Below, one piece after another: positions 54,937-64,000 of a stretch of 64,000 bases of DNA. The first letter of the stretch is position 1; each line of letters begins with the position of its first letter. Position numbers and translations under genes: made by a program. The stretch lies in NCBI RefSeq assembly GCF_009914755.1, contig NC_060932.1; one strand, given 5' to 3'. The notes below the pieces were generated by a model. That model searched no databases. It worked only from the letters and a program-made list of their open reading frames with translations, and was not told the origin of the DNA. The stretch comes from the human T2T-CHM13v2.0 reference genome, Homo sapiens.

Positions 54937-55300
54937 TGATATGGTTTGGCTGTGTCTCCACCCAAACCTTATCTTGAATTGTAGCTCCCATAATTCCCAT
55001 GTGTTATGGGAGGGACCTGGTGGGAGGTAATTGAATCATGGGGGGCAAATCTTTCCCATGCTGTTCTCATGATAGTGAATAAGCTTCTTGAGATCTGATG
55101 GTTTTACAAAGGGGAGTTCCCCTGCACATTCTCTCTTGCCTGCTGCCATGTAAGATGTGACTTTGCTCCTCCTTGCCTTCTGCCATGATTGTGAGGCCTT
55201 CCCAGCCATGTGGAACTGTGATTCAATTAAACCTCTTTCCTTTATAAATTATACAGTCTTTGGTATCTCTTTATTAGCAGCATGAGAACAGACTAATATA
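54937..55300 (+). mobile_element. THE1B solo LTR, copy 1
   Basis: tgatatggtttggctgtgtc...gagaacagactaatata. Confidence 0.93.
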
Positions 55301-55320
55301 GGGAGATTATCCTGGGTGTG

Positions 55321-55669
55321 TGATAGGGTTTGGCTGTGTCTCCACCCAAATCTCAACTTGAATTGTAATAATCCCCATGTGTCAAGGGTGGGGCCAGGTG
55401 GAGATAATTGAATCATGGGGGCAGTTTCCCCCATACTAATCTCATGGTGGTGAACAAGTCTTATGAGATCTGATGCTTTTATAGGTGTTCCCCTACACAA
55501 GCCTTCTTGCCTGCCACCATGTAAAACGTGACTTTGCTTCTCCTTTACCTTCTACCATGTTTGTGAGTCCTCCCCAGCTACATGGAACTGTGAGTCAACT
55601 AAACCTCTTACCTTTATAAATTATCCAGTCTCAGCTATGTCTTTATTAGCAGCGTGAGAACAGACTAAT
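55321..55669 (+). mobile_element. THE1B solo LTR, copy 2 (different sub-variant)
   Basis: tgatagggtttggctgtgtc...gaattgtaataatccccatgtgtcaagg...gagaacagactaat. Confidence 0.92.
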
Positions 55670-56070
55670 CAGAGGAGCCTTTAAAGAGAGTGGCACATTG
55701 GAGAGATATGAACCTGCTAGCCTGGGGGTAAATAGCCATGCTGTGAACTGTGCATGGGGAGTCACCCGACAAGGACCACTTGTGACTTGTACTAGCTGAG
55801 AAGGGTCCCAGGCTGATTGCTGGCAAGAAACTTCAGTAATACAAGTGCAAGGAAATGAGTTCTGCCAATAACCAATGTGCTTGAAAGAGAACATCAAACT
55901 CAGGTTAGAATTACAGCTCTGGCTAATATCTCAATTTCAGCCCAGTGAGATCCTGAGTGGAAGACCCAGATAACTTGTACCTGGACTCTGACCCACAGAA
56001 ACTGTGAGATAATAAATTTGTGTGACCTTCAACTGCTGAGATTATGCTAATGTGTTATGCAGCAAGAACA
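55670..56070 (+). mobile_element. MLT1E/F-like LTR (host of the THE1B copies)
   Basis: caaggaaatgagttctgccaataacc...tgacccacagaaactgtgagataataaat...tgttatgcagcaa. Confidence 0.8.
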
Positions 56071-56873
56071 CAGCAATGAAGAATACACTGTATGGTTGTG
56101 TGACTTCAGGGAAGTTACCTACCTTCTTTGTACCTCATTTTTCTTGTCTATAAAACAAACATGATAATTATCACTGAAATATGTGATATGTGATAATATA
56201 AGCAGGCTACCTAGTCAACATGGTTTAAGTACTGCTTCTCATTCCCCAGCCCACCAGCACCATCTTAAGCAATGGCTCTTCTGAAACATTCTGCCCTGGT
56301 TGTTCCTTCAAGAGCTGGCACAGGGATAAAGGCTGCCCTAGGTGCCATTTGCCCAGCAGCCAGTCCTAGGGTCAGTGTTTTGATGAAAATTCCTATTGTA
56401 ATGCATAACCATGAGGAGTCCAGAGCGAAATTGCTTTGGGAGCCTTTGTGTGATTAACATTTCAGCTGTTTATGGAGTCTTTGCCCTATTATTTCCTGTT
56501 TTAAAAATTAATGTGCTGGTTTCTTTATTATTAAAAACCAAGAAAGGGAAGTTCAGCTGGAGCACAGGAAATAGTTCTATGTGATCCAAATATAAGTTTC
56601 TGAGTAGGGAGGATATTTGGAGGACTCCTGTTTTACTTAGATGTTCTTTGAGTTCCCACAACTTTTTATTTTGAAGTCATTGCTCCCCAACTCTACCCCC
56701 AAGCTCTCTGCCCCTCTGTCCTTCCTATCCCTAGATCTGAATGGAGGAAAGACATTCGAATCAAAGGCATTATGACTTATAAACAATGCCAATTGCAGTT
56801 TACATGACAGAATCATAAAAACCCATTGACTTAGAGAGTTTTTCAGTCAGAAGAAATCTTGGAGGGCACGTAG

Positions 56874-57149
<276 letters not shown>

Positions 57150-57725
57150 TAATTGCTCAAGGAGACACAGCTAATCAGTGCCTAACTTTTCTCTGAAAGA
57201 AACTGGATTTTGGCATACTTTCCTCAAGTATTCTGAATCTATTATGTTTATTTTCTATGTGTAGAAGTTTAAGAACTCTTGAAATGTAAGGATCAAATAT
57301 TCTCTTCTTAGGGATACACCCCAGTATAGATGTCATCATAGATCCTGATGATGTGTAATGCTGTCACCAATTGAACTTCCACAGGGAATGCAAAGACCTA
57401 GTTCAATAAGAAGGAAAGATTTAGATTAGATTTAAGGGGCAGAAATATCTCAGTTGCAAGCACTAGCTGTCATGTGGGATTGGGAAATAACATTCTTTAA
57501 GGATCATTGAGGAAACTATAGATTTGTGCATCCGTCACATGGGTTTACTCATTATTTACTTGGTATCACTCATTCTCCTTTATCTACTATCCCAGTATAT
57601 TTCTGATGACTTGCATTTCTATATTAGGACAGTCTGGATTCCCTTCTCCCAAGAGAAAAAAAGAAATTCTTTGTAATCAACTTGAGAGTATAGTGAAGCT
57701 TTTGGGTGGATGGAGCATTTACTGT

Positions 57726-58258
57726 GTGTGCAGAAAAGTTAACAAAGCAGGCCTGAGACTGCTATCCTTAGACTGGCCCTTGACTGGCATCTGGAAGCTT
57801 GGGTAAACAGTTTCCTGCACTGATATCAATGGCCCCTCACTGACAAAAATGGCTCGGTGTGCCTGAACTGTTTGTACAATTTCATTCATGTTGAACACCT
57901 GCTTTCCTTCTGGGATTCTGGATTGGGTACATGCTAGACAATGAATTCTTAAGGGACCCATCTCCCAATAAAAACCTTGGGCACTGAGTCTCTGGCGAGC
58001 TTCCCCAGTAGACAGTTCAGGCATGTTGTAACAATCGTTGCTGGAGGAATTAAGCACGTCCTGTGTGACTCCACCGGGATAGACACCTTCAAAGCTGGCA
58101 TCTGGTTTCCTTCAGACTTTGTATGACAAACTTTTGCCTTTTGTTGATTTTGCTTTATATCCTTTCACTGTAACAGCTCTTAGCTGTAAGTACAACTGTA
58201 TGCTGAGTCATGTAAATCCTTCTAGCAAATGATCAGACCTGAGGCTCGTCCTTCTGGG
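57726..58258 (+). mobile_element. MER21-type LTR
   Basis: tgtgcagaaaagttaac...gcaggcctgagactgctatcctt...aataaaaaccttgggcactgagtct...gtcctgtgtgactcc. Confidence 0.85.
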
Positions 58259-61200
58259 GAAAATATGCATTTTCTGAGAGGCTTCCCTAGTATCACACAA
58301 GCAGCAGGCCCTTGCTTTAGGGAAATCAAGTACAACAGCCAATATGAAGAAAGACAATCCACTATAAAATACTCAAATAAAGTGTTATTTCTCTTTCAAA
58401 CCCATTTCCCTCTGCTTTGCCTACCAACCCACTCCATATCCCTTATATGTTCTCTTTTAATTTTCTACTTTACTTCTTTTCTTCTTCTTCTCCATTGTCT
58501 TAGGATCTATCTGCCCTATCTTATATTTTGTACTGTGAATTATATGACAGAAGAGGCTATATAAATAGCAGAAAAAAAAGCAACAGATGTGTGTGGAGAC
58601 TCCGTTTTGTGCTCAGGAATGTTGTCTTCTAATTAAACTAAAATCACTAATAATTTAATCCCTCAGTTTTCTAGTCTAATAAATAGGGCTACCAACACCG
58701 GCCCGTCTTGCATCTGTAACTCGAGGGGATCAAATGAAATAATTTTTATGCAAGAATTTTAAATACTTGAGTTACATTAAAAGCAGAGACTCATTAGTCT
58801 CTTGGAGTTCTACACAAGTGGGTTGCATGAGAAATCTTTGCTCATGACATTTGGGCATCCTTTCTGTTTATTCAGAAAATGACAGACAAGAGAAAAGATT
58901 CTCAATGAGGAAGGGCCACAGGAATAGTTATACATGAGAAAAAGAAGGTTTGAAGAAGGCTGTGATTGTCTTCAAATATAGGAAGGACAGATATGGAGCA
59001 GGAGCAACAGAATAATTCTATATGACTCCACAGGATTTAATCAGGACTAATGGGAAAAAGCAAGGAGGAAGAAGAGGAAAGACCCGGCTGAGGCACCAGG
59101 AGAAGGGACGCACAAGAACCTAGTCATTGGAGCTGTTCGAGGCCAGGTTGAACCACTGCCCACGGCCAGTCTCCCATGTTGCATGCAGATTTATGAATGA
59201 ACTTCTTTTGTGAACCACCCCCACAATGTTTGCAGCAGTGCTCTCTGTACTATTATTTACTGGATCTTTTTCTTTAAATAATTCATTTATTTCTTATTAG
59301 GTACATTTATTTTGCATATTTAATGCTAATTTTTGTAATACACATTAAAATAAAAGCGTAACTATAAAAAACTTACATTTGTCGGTAAACCCCAAACTAG
59401 ATGCCTTTGAAACCTAGCATTACATAGAAATTCTTAAGCCAAATGAAAGACAAAAACAAAAACAAAACTATGTATGTGGGATCCTGACCCCTAGTCCTGT
59501 GAACCCCTGGGTCACTTGACTTCGCATAGTCTTTCTTGAAGGAAAGGATATTGCCCCATTTGTGGAGTATCACCCTGTGTCTCCTCATAGGAGATCATAA
59601 GGCCTTCCTCTTCCATGGATGAATTTGCTCATCACCTCGCAGCAACCTACCGGGACAACCAGGTGTAAACCAAGACTAAAGCAAATGGGGATGTATGGTA
59701 GCGCTACCTTGTCCTCACCCTCACTGCCGTGGTTTTGTACTTCCGAAATAAAGCATCAGCTCTTAATTATTTCCTCTGGCTCAATTTTCTAGGGATCAAG
59801 CAAAGACATCCCTTTCTCTCATATATACACTTGGTCTGCGGAAGTTATGATTCTGCCCGTGGGATCACAGTTGATTAAAGGCATCTGAATCAAGATAGAT
59901 CCGTTTCCTTCTTGTTGGAATATGGAATTTCAACCTAGAGAAAAATGTGTTAGTTTGATAGGACTGCCATAACAAAGTTCCACAAGCTGGATGGCTACTG
60001 GAGAGGAGCAGTGATTAGTTTCTTTCAGGGTCTGAGCAAAAAGCAGATTGCAACTATATACTCGATGAAAAATAAGCAGTGGCTAAATTAGAGGAAACCA
60101 TAAAGCAAACATCTTAAGTAGAAGCAAATACCTGAAGCAACGGACCTTTATTAATCAAGGCTGTAGACAGATGTAGGAATTTTATAATACCTGTTGATAC
60201 TGTAAGTGTACCTTAGTATGTTACTTAATGGAGAAATGAAAACCATGTTTAATAAAGCAATGTTGGAAAACAGCTTCATCAGTCAGATTTACCTCCTTAA
60301 ACTCTGGGCCAATTTAAGATCTTTGCAAGCCTTAGGCTCTCATACTTCTGGAGGCCCACATCATATCAAATACATTTTCATAAGGGAAATGAAACATTTT
60401 AATTTATATATAACTGTCTTAAGATTTGTCTTTGAATAGTTAAAAATGATACCTTCTGTAGATTTAATAGTAGCATTTACTAATTCCTATTTTGCAATTT
60501 CCTTTTCCAATTATAAAGTAGATACTTTTTTTGTTGCTTTGTGTGCATGTGAGTTTTGAAAATTTTATAGGCCCTAGGCATTGTGCTTTTGGTGTCTAGT
60601 GGAAGAAATGGATTTGTTTGTGTCTTAATACTTAAAAATTTTTTACTGATTCTATAATTATGTTTCTCTTAGCAACTACAAAACATAATTAAGAAGTGGT
60701 ATAGTATTTAAAAGGCTGTAACATTTGCACTCAAGAAAAGTGTCTAGAAGTAATCTCATGTTCCCACAAACATAAGAAGTAGTTCTGTATAAAGCTACTG
60801 TTAATAGCCCGTGCAGTGAAAAATAATCTCTAATTTAAAGAATACTTTATTATAAAGGGCAACTAGAAAAGCTACCTTTCATGATTAGCTGATGCACATG
60901 GCATCAATCTATCTTATTCCGACTCAAAATATGTTCAAAAGCACAGCATATAACCATACTGTAGTTCAGGCTACTTATGTAGTTTCTACATTTTTGACAT
61001 AAAATAAAATTATGATAGTGGAAAGGAAAATGACTAGGTACAGTTGTAGATATGGCATTTCTTGCTTAAAAATAAAAGTCAGTTAACAATGTGGCCATTT
61101 GAATGTATCTCTATTTTCCCATATTAGGATTTCATCCAAAAGAGTGGGCTCACCATTCCTCAGATGGAGTGCTCAACTAATTTAATACGGTTATACAAGA

Positions 61201-61859
61201 CTAGTCTCACAGTGTTTGTTGGGGTTCAGCTCAGGGTACTTTTGGGAGCTTTTTCTCCTCTCAGATCTACTATAACATTTGTGTTTCATTTAGCTCATGA
61301 CTGAATACAATTTTGCATTGTTTGTTAATTGCTTTCTGTCTGACCCTTCAGGAACAGTAGGCATCTTGAGGGAGCATCTATCAGCTTGTATCTAAGTTAG
61401 AAAAGGAACTCCACTGAACACAAGCATGGCTGCTTGAGTTTTCCTGAATATACAGATATTTGCCTTGCTTGTAATAGCTCAGGTAGCCACACAGCTCTCT
61501 CAGGCCTGCTAGTCTATATTCAAATAGACTGAATCAATACTTATTGATCTGAATCAAATTAATTCTTCCCTTTTCTCAATCCATCAATTAATCAACCAAC
61601 CAACAAATACCGGTTGAACTCCAACTATATTCGTAGTACTATTTTCCCAAAGAGCATATTTTACAATAAAATGGCTGAATCGAATAAACACCAATTTAAG
61701 ATCTACAATTTGGGGACAGATATGAAACACAATAGTATTCTTTGTTGGCAAATGAAAAGCGATGTTAGGTGAAATAAGTCCTCTCCCATGTGTGTTGTAT
61801 GATCTTTATAAAATTTGATAATATTTATCAAAAGCCCAGCAAATTTTCTTAAGAGACAG

Positions 61860-62080
61860 CTTGGAATACTAGTTAGGAGCATGTACTTGAATTCAAATCT
61901 CAATTCCATTACATACTCATGTGTGATTTTAGGATGTTACTTAATCTCACTGCCCCAACTTTCTCATCTGTAAAATAATTTACAATAACCTATAATAGTA
62001 CTGATCTCTTATAAGGATAAAATAAACCAATATTATTAAAGTTAACAGTATCTGCCATATAATATGAATTATATAGGCTT
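61860..62080 (+). mobile_element. MIR SINE
   Basis: ttcaaatctcaattcc...gttacttaatctc...tttctcatctgtaaaat. Confidence 0.7.
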
Positions 62081-62189
62081 CTAAAATATCTTTTGACACA
62101 GTATTTGGGCTTATGGAAACTTTGAGTAAATAACCAGAGATGGGAAAAAGGATTTAGGCATAAGAAGGAAAAATTAAATCCATCTTAAA

Positions 62190-62530
62190 GTAAAACAAGA
62201 TAGAAATGGTTAAATTCATTAGAGTATATTCATATTAGAGTGTATTATACAGCCATGAAAAATTAGATTTTCAAAGAATATGGTAATGGAGAAGTTCTTA
62301 GATACAATGTTATGTTTTAACGAGAGTATCCAAAGTTGCCTATAGGCATTATAATCCTAATGCTCTTAGAAGGCACATAGAAAAGTGCTAAAAGAAAATA
62401 TCAAAATATTAATGGTGATCATCTCAGGGTACTAAATTAGGAATAATTTTATATTTTATTTTTTATCTTTTCCATAGTTTCAAAATTTGCCACAAACATG
62501 TACATTATTCTTACATTTAGAAAAAAGAAG
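62190..62530 (+). mobile_element. L1ME 3' end fragment
   Basis: gaaatggttaaa...tattatacagccatgaaaa...aaatattaatggtgatcatctc. Confidence 0.6.
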
Positions 62531-62729
62531 GAAAAATATATATTAAAGAAGTATACAGAGAAAAGTGGTGATCAATGAATTTTATTTCCTTTAATAAATT
62601 TTAATTTTTTTCTGAGTTTCTGAGTAAACAGAATGGGAATCTCAAATACATCCAAAGAGTAACAACTTTCAAATAAAAAAAATTTTAAAGTCTAATTATT
62701 AGAGAGTATCCTTTAATAAACAGCATTAA

Positions 62730-62845
62730 ATACATGTGTATACATGTGTATATGTAAATACATACACACAGAGGGGTATATATTTTTAAGGGGGAATATA
62801 TATATATATGTGTGTATATATATGTGTATATATATATATGTATAT
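62730..62845. repeat. Degenerate (TA)n/(TG)n simple repeat
   Basis: Direct observation. Confidence 0.85.
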
Positions 62846-64000
62846 AATTAAGAAGCTTAAATGAATCATGCTCTGGCCAGGGGGTGATGAAGCAAAAACT
62901 GATGAGTTTTGGATAAATTCAGCAATAACTCAAGTCAGTAGACTGGTAGGACTCAAAGCCAAGTTTCAGGGAAGAAAAAACCAAAAACTAGAGACATGAT
63001 CTTGGGAGCTGGTAATTTACAAAGGCTAAATATTATTGCAAATCTGACAAATGACAGAACTGAAACTCACTCCATCATCTGCCAGCTAAGTGACAGAATC
63101 CCCATGCAGGCCTAGGGGGTTGCTTATTCCACCCAATAGCCTCCCTTTCCTGGAGATGTGAGTTATGAGCTCAAATCCCTAAGTTTCTTAATGAAAATTG
63201 TACCTTCAAATGCTTTCAAATTTTTTCTTCTTTCATTTCCTAGCTTGGAGGAAAATAAAGTATGTCTTCATAGTGGGTGTCCAAGGAATATTTATGGCCT
63301 AGGCAATTGCTACCTGGATTTTCTTAAAATAATATGAAAGGAAAATAAAAGATGCTCTGAACACTTGTAAACCTGCCCACTGAATCAAAGAATACCTAGA
63401 AGCACTTGGTGGCTAACATAATAATTACCGGTTGTAATGGCTGAGGTGTATTTCTTTCTCATTTTTATAGAAGCTGTGTGCCTGTAGTCCAAGAACTAGA
63501 GAACGTTACATAGGAAAATCTTAAGGTTAAAGACACATCCTTTTTATAGGAAATAGGCATGAGATAAATGCTCACCCACTTTAAAGAAGAAATCGATAAT
63601 TGTAATTCACTTGAAAGAAAGCAGTCTTAATTTATAAGCTTTAAAAGAAACTGTCTTTACTATACTGCAGAGTATTCTAAGTGTGTATCATAGCTAATAT
63701 TTTATGCATACATTTTTCAGTTGAAGGCATTTGCTATAATTCAGCTTTAACAAACTCTGTTCTCAGCTGTATCTCAGAGTATGACATATATCCATTGTCC
63801 AGCTATAAATCTGTAGTTGTTATTATACTTTTATGAATCTGATTCATGCAGGAAGCATTATCCCTGCAACTTTAATTAAGGAGTTAGGAATTTTCCTGTT
63901 TGAATTCCTGGCATTCTGCACACTTTATTGCATCTTTGCTCGTGAGCCTCAAATGAGATATTTGGATTACAGATCCTTAGAAGAATAAAATCCATAAGCT

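Noticed and set aside
59040-60300. Possible processed pseudogene
   Set aside because: No recognisable parent protein, poly(A) tail or TSD could be identified by eye

Overview
Primate (most likely human) genomic DNA that is almost entirely non-coding and densely filled with Alu, MIR, L2, old L1/HAL1, MaLR/ERVL LTRs and DNA-transposon fossils. There is one CpG island (~27.7-28.9 kb) with bidirectional-promoter architecture. On the minus strand a first exon ends ATG GCT GTG GAA G|gtaagg (M-A-V-E, phase-1 intron). From memory this matches the SAMD12 N-terminus (MAVEALHCG...), so positions 1-28282 would be SAMD12 intron 1. Spliced plus-strand exons start just inside that intron, consistent with the lncRNA SAMD12-AS1, whose introns would fill the right half. 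This gene assignment is recalled, not searched. None of the supplied ORFs looks like a real protein; most are repeat-derived or chance ORFs. I found no support for a new multi-gene system. The most interesting signals are the mirror-image ZNF143-type promoter around a G-tract, uORFs abutting the start codon, a candidate 33-nt antisense micro-exon, a MEF2/E-box/TEAD cluster in intron 1, a ~70-bp near-perfect foldback of an L1 fragment, a tailless Alu with intact TSDs, a MADE1 hairpin and twin THE1B LTRs. Repeat subfamily names come from remembered consensus sequences, and boundaries of old elements are approximate.
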